This document shows, in pieces, positions 59,048 to 59,116 of a stretch of DNA of 59,116 bases. The translations under genes and the position numbers were made by a program. The stretch spans positions 62,001 to 121,116 of the IMG/VR virus record IMGVR_UViG_3300020048_000047; one strand, given 5' to 3'. The stretch is from an uncultured virus (IMG/VR IMGVR_UViG_3300020048_000047). Its lineage: Duplodnaviria; Heunggongvirae; Uroviricota; Caudoviricetes. Under the pieces are notes generated by a model. It was not told the origin of the DNA. It did not search any database and saw only the letters and a program-made list of their open reading frames with translations. Each line of letters starts with the position of its first letter. The stretch's first letter is position 1.

Positions 59048-59116
59048 CATTACGTTAACTCACGTATTAGTTTCGAGTCATTTTGACTTTAGAGTTGTCT
59101 AGGCAACAAAGAAATT

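Noticed and set aside
1..59116. Stop-codon recoding as in some large Bacteroidota phages
   Set aside because: Long genes are uninterrupted in the standard code with dense packing; TAG appears as an ordinary terminal stop (5498, 17285, 52546).
1..59116. tRNA or rRNA genes
   Set aside because: Intergenic gaps are short and AT-rich; no cloverleaf or T-loop signature seen.

Overview
This is an AT-rich segment of a large T4-like (myovirus-type) phage genome read in the standard genetic code. Its TTG-N19/20-TAnnTTTG promoters and A-rich, SD-less starts point to a Bacteroidota host. It carries two blocks of Thr/Gly-rich modular tail-fibre or appendage genes (1-7174, 17285-26929) and neck/tail-completion genes (gp13/14/15-like). 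It also has a SNF2 helicase, glutaredoxin, family B DNA polymerase, dUTPase, PhoH, a gp55-like sigma factor and a gp5-like baseplate hub. A large glycan locus holds about 11 glycosyltransferase-like genes, 6 methyltransferases, a DegT-type aminotransferase and an FdtA-type isomerase. Features outside the ORF track: (i) two ~1.2 kb endonuclease cassettes that supply a replacement end of the gene they interrupt, leaving the displaced end as an intact stub; (ii) a recurrent late-promoter-like TATTTATA in sense orientation, the reverse complement of the T4 late promoter; (iii) small proteins with MK..L/I-x-E leaders on ART-, GNAT- and WYL-like domains, candidate capsid-packaged effectors; (iv) a perfect 306-bp tandem repeat in a tail fibre; (v) a possible structured RNA at the right edge. 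All protein assignments come from motifs recognised by eye; no database searches were run.
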